From the NCBI GenBank assembly GCA_038040455.1, contig JBBPIH010000005.1:99614-163613 (forward strand): a stretch of 64,000 bases of DNA, written 5' to 3'. Both the position numbers and the translations under genes were made by a program. The notes under the pieces were generated by a model. It was not told the DNA's origin, did not search any database, and saw nothing but the letters and a program-made list of their open reading frames with translations. Shown piece by piece: positions 51,517-61,900 of this stretch (positions are counted from its first letter, which is position 1; each line of letters begins with the position of its first letter). The stretch comes from Acidobacteriota bacterium. Its GTDB lineage: Bacteria; Acidobacteriota; Blastocatellia; UBA7656.

Positions 51517-52767
51517 GTGAGCAATCGCAAGACAATGCGAGCAACAACATCCGGGCCGAACTTGCAGATGGGCGGCATATTGCAACGAAAGTGCGCTTCT
51601 TGCGGGCAGCACACTGTAGCGGGCGGCGGATGCTCCGACTGCGAGAAGAAGAAGGGATTGCTACAGCGCAGGGCGTCAAGCAGTGAGGCGACGAGCGAAG
51701 TGCCGCCGATTGTCCACGAAGTGCTGAGGTCGTCAGGCCAGCCGCTCGACGCTTCAACGCGGGCATTCATGGGGCCACGCTTTGGGCACGACTTCAGTGG
51801 CGTGCGTGTGCATGCGGATACCCGTGCTGCGGAATCGGCGCAAGCGGTCAATGCGTTAGCTTACACGATGGGAAAGAATGTCGTTTTTGATCAAGGGTTG
51901 TACGATCCCCACTCTGACTCCGGACATAAATTGTTGGCGCACGAACTCGCTCATGTCGTCCAACAGCAAGGTGAGACAGCCCTACCGGCATCCAAAATCA
52001 AAATCGGCTCTCCAAGCGACCCAGCCGAGAAGGCTGCTGATCGGTTAGCTGCTGAAGTGACTGCATCCTCGCGCTTCAACCCAGCGAGCACATCAAACAA
52101 CGGTGGAACGACGCGGCAAGAGAGGGGAACCGCAGGAACGCTGCAACGAGTTGTTAACGAGCGTAAAGTGGGATGTCGGAATACTGGCATTCCCTCGCTA
52201 GGTCTTACCGGAGCCGATGCCGTTCAAGCAATTCGCCAAGCGAATGAGGAAGCCATTGTGATGTCGCAACGAGCGGAGAATCTCCTCTTTTTCGAGCGTC
52301 TGACCTTCGGCATCGGCGCGCCGGATCCAGACTTTACCACCATTCTAAATGAAGAATTGGGTCTGGACATTAACAACGCAGCAGATCGGCGGAGGACGGA
52401 AATTGTCGAAAGAAGATTCGCGGCAATTAGAACGAGGGTGCTCGAAAGTGATTTTACGGGCTACACCTGTATAGGTGCCGCTGCAGTGTCTTTGGCTTCT
52501 GGAACTCCAGCCGCTGTCGCTGGTGAATGTTGTACTGGAAGCTCACGAGCTTGTTCCGCATCCGGAGTGAGTCATATGGTTTTATGCCGTCCGTGGTGGA
52601 CGGGAGATGCGCCACTAAGACCCGGAACACTGATTCACGAACCGTTCCACATGTTCTTTAACCTCGACGATTTCACGAATGCAAAACTCAACGATGCCCA
52701 TTGCTATACCGCTTTCGCGGAAAGACTGGCAGGTGTTGCGCCGTTCGCTTCCTGTGCGGGTCGTTGA
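51517..52767 (+). CDS. DUF4157 protein 4 with M35-like (HEXXH) metalloprotease C-terminus
   Basis: LQRKCASCG leader; HELAH core; MVLCRPWW...GTLIHEPFH...NDAHCY. Confidence 0.85.
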   Translation: MSNRKTMRATTSGPNLQMGGILQRKCASCGQHTVAGGGCSDCEKKKGLLQRRASSSEATSEVPPIVHEVLRSSGQPLDASTRAFMGPRFGHDFSGVRVHADTRAAESAQAVNALAYTMGKNVVFDQGLYDPHSDSGHKLLAHELAHVVQQQGETALPASKIKIGSPSDPAEKAADRLAAEVTASSRFNPASTSNNGGTTRQERGTAGTLQRVVNERKVGCRNTGIPSLGLTGADAVQAIRQANEEAIVMSQRAENLLFFERLTFGIGAPDPDFTTILNEELGLDINNAADRRRTEIVERRFAAIRTRVLESDFTGYTCIGAAAVSLASGTPAAVAGECCTGSSRACSASGVSHMVLCRPWWTGDAPLRPGTLIHEPFHMFFNLDDFTNAKLNDAHCYTAFAERLAGVAPFASCAGR

Positions 52768-52827
52768 TCGAATCTCGTCGGCTTCGATGGAAAAGAAAGA
52801 CTTTTTGCACAACTTTGGTAGAAAACC

Positions 52828-53484
52828 ATGAGTAGCTTCCCCAACTCCCCGCGACTCCTCAAAGGCGCAATCATCGGGCTCGACCCGCTCAAGCCGCTCG
52901 CCAGCGTAGTCGTGTTTCAGTACAACCCCGACACTCTGACGCGGCGGATTGATGCTCGATCCAGCGGCGGTAGCGACAATGCCGACCGCTCTGAAGCCTT
53001 TCGGCTGACCGGGCCGCCCAAAGAGACGATCACGCTCAGCGTTGAGATCGATGCTACGGATCAATTGGAGCAGGCCAATCCGCTGGCTGTGGTTTCGGGG
53101 ATTCATCCGACGTTGGCGGCGCTCGAGATGCTGCTCTATCCCGGGAGCGCGCTGACCATCGCCAACACGGCGCTGGCGCTGACCGGCATTCTCGAGATCA
53201 TTCCGCCAGAGGCTCCGCTGACGCTGTTCTTCTGGGGACCGGCGCGGGTGGTGCCGGTGCGGATCACCAGTCTCAGCATCACCGAAGAAGCTCACGACAC
53301 GCTGCTCAATCCGATTCGCGCCAAAGTAGATCTGACGTTGCAAGTGCTCAGCTACTTCGATTTGAAGGTGACTAACCCGGGTTACCAGCTTTTCCTGGCG
53401 CACCACATTGCGAAAGAGGTGCTTGCCAATGCCAATGTAGCCAACAGCGCCGTGAACCTGAGCGCTTCCCTGAAGCTGTTCTAG
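52828..53484 (+). CDS. CIS tube/initiator-like protein (Afp7-like)
   Basis: VFQYNPDTLTR, LFFWG, ITEEAHD..LNPIRAKVDL. Confidence 0.8.
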   Translation: MSSFPNSPRLLKGAIIGLDPLKPLASVVVFQYNPDTLTRRIDARSSGGSDNADRSEAFRLTGPPKETITLSVEIDATDQLEQANPLAVVSGIHPTLAALEMLLYPGSALTIANTALALTGILEIIPPEAPLTLFFWGPARVVPVRITSLSITEEAHDTLLNPIRAKVDLTLQVLSYFDLKVTNPGYQLFLAHHIAKEVLANANVANSAVNLSASLKLF

Positions 53485-53549
53485 CGCGAAGCGGCGGGCC
53501 GCACGCCGGCGCGCTCGCTTCCGATGTGTTCGACCATTGAGGTGAAAAG

Positions 53550-53843
53550 ATGTTTCCACGAACCAGTCGTTATTACAGCATCGAGATTGTGAAATACGTG
53601 AGGGCCGATCAACGAGAGATCGTTTATCTGCGCCGGCGTTTTCTGCCGCCTTCGGCAGAGGCGGTGATCATCGCCGAACACAAAGTCGAAGAAGGCGACC
53701 GGCTCGACAACGTTACGGCGAAGTACCTCGGGGATCCGGAGCAGTTCTGGCAGGTGTGTGATGTAAACGATGCGATGCGGCCCGATGAATTGACCGAAGA
53801 GATCGGGCGCCGGCTGAAGATTCCGATGCCGACAGGAGGTTAA
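53550..53843 (+). CDS. LysM-like baseplate protein
   Basis: HKVEEGDRLDNVTAKYLGDPEQFWQVCDVN. Confidence 0.85.
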   Translation: MFPRTSRYYSIEIVKYVRADQREIVYLRRRFLPPSAEAVIIAEHKVEEGDRLDNVTAKYLGDPEQFWQVCDVNDAMRPDELTEEIGRRLKIPMPTGG

Positions 53844-53847
53844 TGAC

Positions 53848-54972
53848 GTGCCTGATCTTGGGGTAAAACTACAACTGCTGATCGGCGCGAACCTGCCGCG
53901 CCCCGCGCCCTATGAGGTGATCGATTCATTCCTTGAGCTGGAAGTGACCAACAACGACCGCGAACGCGACGGGTTTCAGATGGATTTCAGTTTGGGGAAA
54001 GACTCGCTGCTCGATTACGGACTGCTGCTGAACGGTTATTTCAATCCGCCGAATCGTATCGTCATCACGGTGATGATGGGTGTCTTGCCGGAAGTGCTGA
54101 TCGATGGCGTCATAACCAGCCACCAAGTCGTGCCGAGCAACCGTCCTGGCGAATCAACTCTGGTAGTAACAGGAGAAGACATCAGCCTTATGCTCGATCT
54201 TGATCCAAGAAGCGAGACACATCCGAACCAGCCGGATTCGGTTATAGTAGGGAAGCTGCTGGGAAAATACGCCACCTTCCGCATCACGCCGCAGGTTACT
54301 CCGACTACCGATATACCAATCGAGGTCAATCGCGTGCCTTCACAGCAGGAGACCGATCTGGGCTACATACGGCGGCTGGCGCAACGCAATGGATTTGTTT
54401 TTTACATCGAGCCTACGCTGGTGCCGGGCGTCAGCAAGGCCTACTGGGGACTGGACAAACGTGTGGGACGTCCGCAGCCCGCGCTGTCGATAAACATGGG
54501 GCCGCAAACCAACCTGGATACACCAATCAATTTTCATTTCAACGCGCTTGGGCCAGTTGCGCCACAGGTCACGATCCTCGACCCGATCACGAAGACTCCG
54601 ATCACGATTCCGGCGCCAAGCGGGTTGCGTCCTCCGCTGGCGTTGCGCCGGACAGCATCGCTGCGAACTTCCATTGCGCGCGATAGCGCCAACCTTGATG
54701 CGAGCCAGGGCTTGCTGCGCGCGCAATCATCGACCGCCGAAACTTCAGACGCAGTGACCGCGACGGGCGAGATTGATGCGGTGCGTTACGGTCAGATTCT
54801 ACACTCGCGGGAACTGGTGGACGTGCGAGGCGCAGGCGCGGGCTATAACGGTACGTACTACGTCAAGCAGGTTAAGCACCGTATAAAGCGCGGCGAATAC
54901 AAACAAAGTTTCACGCTGACGCGCGAAGGGCACGGGTCGCTGACGCCGCTGGTCGTGCCGCAAACCAGTTGA
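53848..54972 (+). CDS. Baseplate hub / late control protein D-like (VgrG N-terminal-like)
   Basis: ETDLGYIRRLAQRNGF; VRGAG..YNGTYYVKQVKH. Confidence 0.8.
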   Translation: MPDLGVKLQLLIGANLPRPAPYEVIDSFLELEVTNNDRERDGFQMDFSLGKDSLLDYGLLLNGYFNPPNRIVITVMMGVLPEVLIDGVITSHQVVPSNRPGESTLVVTGEDISLMLDLDPRSETHPNQPDSVIVGKLLGKYATFRITPQVTPTTDIPIEVNRVPSQQETDLGYIRRLAQRNGFVFYIEPTLVPGVSKAYWGLDKRVGRPQPALSINMGPQTNLDTPINFHFNALGPVAPQVTILDPITKTPITIPAPSGLRPPLALRRTASLRTSIARDSANLDASQGLLRAQSSTAETSDAVTATGEIDAVRYGQILHSRELVDVRGAGAGYNGTYYVKQVKHRIKRGEYKQSFTLTREGHGSLTPLVVPQTS

Positions 54973-54988
54973 AGGAAGCGAACGGAAT

Positions 54989-55486
54989 ATGAACGGGCAA
55001 GGACCACCATTCTTCGGCAAGTTTCGCGGCAAGGTTACTGACAACCGCGACCCGCTGATGTTGGGCCGCGTGCGCGTCAAAGCGCCGGACGTTTTCGGCG
55101 AGAACGAAAGCGGCTGGGCTATGCCCGCGCTGCCTTATACCGGAAACGGTGTCGGTCTGTTCTTGATTCCGCCGACGGATGCTTCGGTTTGGGTCGAGTT
55201 TGAACATGGCGATCCCGAGTATCCGATCTGGGCCGGCGGGTTCTGGGCGCAGGGTGAGCTGCCCGCCTCACCCGCGGTTGCCGAGATGAAAGTTCTCAAG
55301 ACCGACACGGCTACGATCACGATCAACGATCTGCCCGGAGCGGGCGGCATCACCATCGAAACGCAGACCGGGATGAAGATCAAGATTGACACCACCGGAA
55401 TCGAGATCAACAACGGGAAGGGCGGCAGCATCAAGCTCACCGGACCACAGGTTTCGATCAATAGCGGCGCGCTGGAGGTGATCTAA
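54989..55486 (+). CDS. Baseplate assembly protein V / spike OB-fold
   Basis: GKFRGKVTDNRDP..GRVRV...VWVEFEHGDPEYPIWAG. Confidence 0.88.
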   Translation: MNGQGPPFFGKFRGKVTDNRDPLMLGRVRVKAPDVFGENESGWAMPALPYTGNGVGLFLIPPTDASVWVEFEHGDPEYPIWAGGFWAQGELPASPAVAEMKVLKTDTATITINDLPGAGGITIETQTGMKIKIDTTGIEINNGKGGSIKLTGPQVSINSGALEVI

Positions 55487-55806
55487 TGCCGGGCTTCTTA
55501 CTGCATCTGGGCGCGACCGTGTTGTGCTCGCATCCGCCGGGGCAGGCGCAGCCGGTCGTGACCAATCCGCGGGTTAGAGTCGGCGGGCAGCCGATCGTGA
55601 CGCAGACAAGCCAGTACGTGATCGCCGGCTGCGCGCTTGCCACCGTGCCGAGTCCGCCGTGCGCCACGGCGCAATGGGTAACCGCCGCCACGCGCGTGCG
55701 CGCTGGTAGCGTGCCCGTGCTGTTGCAGGACAGCCAGTCCGTCTGCGTGCCAACCGGGACGCCGCTCAACATTATCGTTACTCAAGTGCGAGTGAAGGGG
55801 ACGTGA
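55486..55806 (+). CDS. PAAR-like spike tip protein
   Basis: GATVLCSH...RVRVGGQP...GC...PC..AQW...PVLL; follows the spike gene. Confidence 0.75.
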   Translation: MPGFLLHLGATVLCSHPPGQAQPVVTNPRVRVGGQPIVTQTSQYVIAGCALATVPSPPCATAQWVTAATRVRAGSVPVLLQDSQSVCVPTGTPLNIIVTQVRVKGT

Positions 55807-56162
55807 TGAACATTGACTTCCCGTTTCATTTTAACGGTCGCGGGAGCACAGCCACGACCGGCGACGACGATCACATCCGCGACATGCTTGAGCAATTGCT
55901 CTTCACCAGCCCGGGCGAACGGGTCAATCGCCCTGACTTCGGCTCCGGGCTGCTGAAAATGGTGTTTGCGCCGAATAGCAAGGAGCTGGCGAGCACGCTG
56001 CAAGGGGCGGTTCAGGCGGCAATTCAGCGATGGCTTGGCGACCTGATCGAATTACAGAAGCTCGAAGTCACCGCTGAAGAGTCTACGCTCAGCCTCGAGT
56101 TGAGCTATCTGGTGCGGCGCACGAATGAACTCAGGACAGCCGAGCTCTCGCGCAGGGTGTAG
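55803..56162 (+). CDS. GPW/gp25 baseplate wedge protein
   Basis: LLFTSPGERVNRPDFGSGL. Confidence 0.9.
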   Translation: MMNIDFPFHFNGRGSTATTGDDDHIRDMLEQLLFTSPGERVNRPDFGSGLLKMVFAPNSKELASTLQGAVQAAIQRWLGDLIELQKLEVTAEESTLSLELSYLVRRTNELRTAELSRRV

Positions 56163-56180
56163 CGCCGGAAGGAACCCGTT

Positions 56181-58967
56181 ATGAAAACTCCTGAACTCTG
56201 TGAGGAAGATTTGCGACGTCAGTTGGTGCGCGAACATCGCAACGCGAAGGGCCACCCTGATCTCAACGGCATCGACTACGTAGAGATCAGCGAAGATCAG
56301 CGCACGCTCCGCGTTTACTTCCTCGTCAAAGCTCCCGAGCCAATCAGCAAGAACAACATAGTTATCTCCGGCGGCCGGCGCGTGACTGGAATCAGAGCCA
56401 CGCACATCGACGTATGCCGGACGGCAGGCAAGGACCTGGATGACTGTCTGAAGATCACGGTGGATAAGCCCGGAGATTTTTCCGATTATACGCTGCGCTT
56501 TGTCGAGACGGATAAACGCGGGCGTCCGACCGATCGCCCCTTGCGCGGTTTCGACCCGCGGTTTGCTGAAATCGTTTTTTCATTCAAGACCGGTTGCAAA
56601 AGCGATCTCGACTGCTTGCCCGTACACGTGTGTCCGCCGAGGCAGTTGCCTCAGCCCGAAATCAGCTATCTGGCAAAGGACTACTCGAGCTTTCGACAAA
56701 TAATCTTCGATCGCCTTTCGCTTATCATGCCGGACTGGCGCGAACGTCACGTGCCGGACATCGGCATCGCGCTGGTGGAGGTGCTGGCTTACGCGGGCGA
56801 TCACCTCAGTTATTATCAGGATGCGGTTGCGACGGAGGCCTACCTGGACACAGCGCGCCAGCGAATTTCGGTGCGCCGTCACGCTCGGCTTGTCGATTAC
56901 CTGATGCACGAAGGCTGCAATGCCCGCGCCTGGGTCTTTGTTGAAACGAAGGGAGGCAACGTCACCCTTAAGAAAAGCGAGGTCGCCTTCATCACGCTGC
57001 ACAACAAGGCCCTCCCCGAAGGCACGCGAGTGCTGACGCGCGAGACCCTGCGCCAACTCAACCTACAGCGCGAGAACTACGAAGTCTTCGAGGCGATGGG
57101 AGCGGACGAAATACCACTGTTTGAGGCGCACAACGAGATACATTTTTACACCTGGGGCGATTTCGAGTGTTGTCTGCCGCGCGGCGCAACAATTGCGACT
57201 CTGGTCGATGAATATTTGCCGGTTACGCCGCCTCCTCCTCCGCCGGACGAGTGCGCCGACGACAACCCGGATCAACACGTCTCTAAGGAAAAACGACACC
57301 ATTACAATGACGACAACCCGGATCAAGACGTCTCTGAGGAAAAACGACACCATCACAATGACGAGCACTACGAACCCCACAGTGACGACAGCCAATCGGA
57401 GCCGAAACGCAAACTGAACCTGCACGCCGGCGATGTGCTGATTTTCGAGGAGATCATCAGCCCGGGCGCCGGAGAAGCCGCGGATGTTGATCGGGCTCAT
57501 CGGCACGCCGTGTTGCTGACGAAAGTCACTCTCGACAAAGACCATCTCACGGGTCAGCCGGTAGTCGAAGTCGAATGGGCGGCCGCCGACGCGCTTCCGT
57601 TCCCGCTCTGTCTGTCAGCGATCGGCAACGCGCCGGACTGCGAAAGGCTCGAGAACGTCACCATCGCGAGAGGCAACATCATTCTGGTCGATCACGGCCG
57701 GACAATCGGTCGCCGTGTCGTGGATGATGAAGACCCGGAAGACCTTGGCAGTGTGCCGACGCACGAGACGCTGGCCGAATGCTCTTGCACCTCTTGCATC
57801 CCCGAAGTCGCCATCGTACCGGGCCTTTTCAGACCCCGTCTGAAAGAAGGTCCCTTGACGTTTGGCCAGCCGCTTCCGCCTTTGAATTCATCCACGCCGG
57901 ATGAATTAGAGGAGCCGGATGAAGATCCTTGTCCAAAGACAGAGATTTCTGCCACAAGCCTGCTACAGCAAGACCCGCAACAGGCGTTGCCGCAAATCAC
58001 GCTGACGAGTTTGCTTCCGGGCGATGCTTCTGCGATCGGCTGGCAACCTCGCTATGACCTGCTGGCCAGCGGCGCCGATGATAATCACTACGTTGTCGAG
58101 ATGGACAATCAGGGGAGAGCCCATTTGCGATTCGGTGATGGCGAGGCGGGGCGCGCTCCACAGTCCGGCGAACATTTCGTCGCCAGCTACCGCATCGGCA
58201 ACGGCGCTGAAGGCAACGTCGGAGCCGAGGCCATCTCGCACATCGTGCTCAAAAACACATTCAGCGGGGTCACGTTGCAACCGCGTAATCCAATAGCCGC
58301 GGCCGGCGGCGCCGAGCCCGAAACAACGGCCCGAGTCAGACTGTTTGCGCCTTATGCCTTCCGGTCAACTCTGCAACGCGCGATCACCGCCGAAGATTAC
58401 GCCATCATTGCCGCGCGGCACCCGCGCGTGCAAAGAGCAACAGCAATTCTTCGATGGACAGGGTCCTGGTACGAAGTAGTCGTGGCGGTCGATCCAAAAG
58501 AGAAAGCCGAAGCTGATGAAAAACTGTTGGACGAAATCGAATGCATGCTTCGCCCCTTCCGCCGGATCGGCCACGAGGTGAGAGTGAATAAGGCCATTTA
58601 CGTGCCGCTCGATATTGAGCTGACGGTCTGCGTCAAACCTGGCTACCTGTCGGGTCACGTAAAGGCCGAGCTAATTGATCTGTTCAGCAATCGCTCGTTG
58701 GCCGATGGTCGCGTGGGCTTTTTCCATCCCGACAATCTCACTTTCGGCGCAGGCATCATGGTCAGCAAACTGGTGGCGCTCGCGCAATCGGTGACAGGAG
58801 TCGAAAACGTCGTGGCGACCAAATTGCAGCGCTTCGACGAACCCGCGGGCAGGGAGCTGGCCGACGGCATTTTGAAGCTCGGCTCGATGGAAATCGCGCG
58901 GCTCGACAACGATCGGCAGTCTCCCGAAAACGGCAAGATCAAATTCAAGATGGTGGGCGGGCGATGA
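56181..58967 (+). CDS. Baseplate J-like protein 1 (Afp11-like)
   Basis: YLAKDYSSFR, LSYYQDAVATEAYL.TAR.R.SV, RFGDG, GNVGAEAI, RAITAEDY. Confidence 0.9.
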   Translation: MKTPELCEEDLRRQLVREHRNAKGHPDLNGIDYVEISEDQRTLRVYFLVKAPEPISKNNIVISGGRRVTGIRATHIDVCRTAGKDLDDCLKITVDKPGDFSDYTLRFVETDKRGRPTDRPLRGFDPRFAEIVFSFKTGCKSDLDCLPVHVCPPRQLPQPEISYLAKDYSSFRQIIFDRLSLIMPDWRERHVPDIGIALVEVLAYAGDHLSYYQDAVATEAYLDTARQRISVRRHARLVDYLMHEGCNARAWVFVETKGGNVTLKKSEVAFITLHNKALPEGTRVLTRETLRQLNLQRENYEVFEAMGADEIPLFEAHNEIHFYTWGDFECCLPRGATIATLVDEYLPVTPPPPPPDECADDNPDQHVSKEKRHHYNDDNPDQDVSEEKRHHHNDEHYEPHSDDSQSEPKRKLNLHAGDVLIFEEIISPGAGEAADVDRAHRHAVLLTKVTLDKDHLTGQPVVEVEWAAADALPFPLCLSAIGNAPDCERLENVTIARGNIILVDHGRTIGRRVVDDEDPEDLGSVPTHETLAECSCTSCIPEVAIVPGLFRPRLKEGPLTFGQPLPPLNSSTPDELEEPDEDPCPKTEISATSLLQQDPQQALPQITLTSLLPGDASAIGWQPRYDLLASGADDNHYVVEMDNQGRAHLRFGDGEAGRAPQSGEHFVASYRIGNGAEGNVGAEAISHIVLKNTFSGVTLQPRNPIAAAGGAEPETTARVRLFAPYAFRSTLQRAITAEDYAIIAARHPRVQRATAILRWTGSWYEVVVAVDPKEKAEADEKLLDEIECMLRPFRRIGHEVRVNKAIYVPLDIELTVCVKPGYLSGHVKAELIDLFSNRSLADGRVGFFHPDNLTFGAGIMVSKLVALAQSVTGVENVVATKLQRFDEPAGRELADGILKLGSMEIARLDNDRQSPENGKIKFKMVGGR
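57258..57364 (+). repeat. In-frame 51-bp tandem duplication in baseplate gene
   Basis: Encodes DDNPDQHVSKEKRHHYN / DDNPDQDVSEEKRHHHN. Confidence 0.9.
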
Positions 58968-61900
58968 AAGAAATGAAACAGAAGACGCAAACTCCAGAAA
59001 CCTGTGACTGCTGCAAGGGCGTGGAAGTTCTGACTCCGGTCGCGACCTTCAATCGCCCGGGGCTGAATACCATTGCGTATCGCGCCGGCACGCACGGCAG
59101 TTTTCTGGAAACGATGAAAGCCCGGCTGTCGAGCAGCGAATTTCCGAAGCTCGCAGGATTGACCACGCGAGAGAGCAGCGATGCATCGATCGCGCTGCTC
59201 GATGCGTGGGCGATTGTCGCTGACGTGTTGACGTTTTATCAGGAACGTATAGCCATCGAAGGTTTCCTGCGCACGGCAACCGAACGCCGGTCTATTCTCG
59301 AGCTCGCGCGGCTGGTGGGGTATCGTCTTCGCCCCGGTCTTGCGGCCAGCGTCTATCTCGCATACACGCTGGAGCCGACTCAGCAGACAACAATTATCGA
59401 CATCGGCAACAAAGCACAAAGCCTTCCGGGCCCCAACGAAACGCCGCAGGTCTTTGAGACGGCGGAAAAGCTTATCGCCCACTCCGGTTTGAATTTGATG
59501 AGACCGCGACTAACGCATTCGCAGGTTTTCCAAAGTGCGGAGCAGCTCATCAATCCCACCGTGACTCTCAAGGGCGTTGCGACTAACCTCCGGTCAAATG
59601 ACGTATTGCTGCTGGACTTCGCGATGATAAACACAGTTCAGTCGGTGACTGCCGTTTATCGCGCGAATGAAGTCGGGGCGGATCCCCAGCTCGACCGGAC
59701 GACGGTGAGAGTGAGTCTCCAGGGCCAGGCGCCGTCTCTAGCTTTGGGGGTGGTCAACCCTGTGGCGGCGCAGTCTGGCGACGCGTTGACGGCTATTGCG
59801 GCCAAGTATCAGAGGCTCGACTCGTTCGGTCTATCCTCAACGTCCGTCATCGTCAAGCGCGTCACGGCGCGGCTGGTGAAGTTGACAACAGATGTTTCCG
59901 CGCTTGCCGGAGATGAGGCCTCCAAGAAGCAGGCTCTCGCAGCGGAGTTGAGTGTGCTGATCCGGGACTTGACCGGCGAATATACCTTCGCTTCCGCTCG
60001 CGGCTACGTAAAGATTTCTCCGTGGTTGTCCGGGATTAAGCACGAGCTGGAAGCGACCCAAACATTTCTGAACTCGCCGTCCACCACGCCGACTACACAA
60101 ACCGTTCCTCCGCCGCCGGCAACTACCACGACGCCCTCCTTCGTTCAACTGTTCCAGTCGTTTAAGGACCCGCAGTCGAATCAACCGCGCAACGAGGCGA
60201 ACCTTGATCGGAAAGCCGAACAGATTCTTTCTCAGAAGTCCGAGTTTGTCGCGCAGGCCTATGCCGCTCTTCAACCAAGGGCGGCGCCGTTTGTGAATTC
60301 GGTGCTGGCCAACGCAAGCTCGATTCAGGTTGTGCCGCCCTCGCCGAAGACCCCTGCGGCGGCCGGCTTGAGCAAGGTTCAAGCGTTGCGTATCAAGGCT
60401 GGACTCGCCGGGCGCAACCTTCCGACAATCATAAGAGAAACATCCGATCCCGATGGCGCGAAGGTCTCGACGAGAATGTCACCGCCGACCCTCCGGGACT
60501 ATGTGACCGCTCTTGCGGCTGCCCACTTTCCGGCAACTGTTTCGCAAGCGCTGGTGTTTGTCGCGCTCGATGCCCAGTACGATCAAATCAAGGCTGGCAG
60601 CACAGTTGCCATCGAGCGTCCGGTTGTAGGTTCAGTCGTGGGAGTTCCGGGCGCCTTCACGAGAACCATTCACAAGGTCACTGCGGTTCGAAACGCATCT
60701 CTTAGCTTCTTTGACGTCTCGTCGGTCTCGACTGTGCTGACTCTGGATAGCCCATGGCTAAGCGCCGTTGAGGTTGGCCAGGCTGCGGCAACCAACTCGC
60801 TCATCACTAACACCCTGGTTTTTGCCCAAAGCGAGGAACTCAGCCTGGCGGAGACAGACATCACCGATGACATAAGCTTCGCTCCCGACGATTCCGATCC
60901 TGTAATTGAGCTTGACGGGTTTTATTCAAGCCTCGAACCCGGCCGCTGGGCCATCATTTCAGGTTCGCGCGTGGTTCGCGATACGCAGACCAAGGAGGCA
61001 ATCAACACCGGCGTCGAGGTCAGCGAGCTTTTCATGGTGGCTGCGGTCGTGCACGAGGCGAAGACCTTTGTGGGCAAGGAGGCGCTGGAGGTGAAGGGCG
61101 AGAAGCTGCATACGTTCATCCATCCGGCGAAGCCTCTGGCCTACCGATACAGACGCAGCACAGTGAAGATCTACGGTAATGTGGTTCGCGCGACGCACGG
61201 CGAAACACGCAACGAAGTTCTCGGCAGCGGAGATGGCAGCAAGATGCTGCAATCATTCCCGTTGCGCCAGCCGCCGCTTACTTACCTTGCCGCGCCTACT
61301 CCTTCGGGCGCAGGGACGACGCTCGACGTGCGCGTCAACGACGTGCGATGGCGCGAAGCCGACAACCTCTTCGTGCTCGATCGGCTCGATCGCAAGTACG
61401 TAACGAAGACCGACGACGAAGGTAAGACGACGGTGATCTTCGGCGACGGCCAACACGGAGCCCGGCTCACGACAGGGGTCGAAAACGTCAAAGCGGTCTA
61501 CCGTTCAGGCATTGGCAGAGCGGGCAACGTCAAGGCCGAACAAATCAAGCTGCCGATGACCAAACCGCTCGGCGTCAAAGGAGTCATCAATCCGCTGCCC
61601 GCCAGCGGAGGCGCGGACAGGGAGACGCGCGATCAGGCCCGCCGCAATGCGCCAATCGGCGTGCTCGCGCTGGATCGGTTGGTGTCGGTGCAGGACTACG
61701 CCTTCTTTGCGCGGACGTTCGCCGGCATAGCTAAAGCCAGCGCCCGGCGCCTTTCTGATGGCGCTCGTGAAGTCGTGCACCTAACGATCTCTGGAGTGGG
61801 AGATATTCCAATCGATCTGACTTCTGATCTCTATCGCAACCTGGTTGCCGCCCTGAAGCGTTTCGGCGATCCGCTTCAGCCGCTTCAAGTCGAGGCGTCC

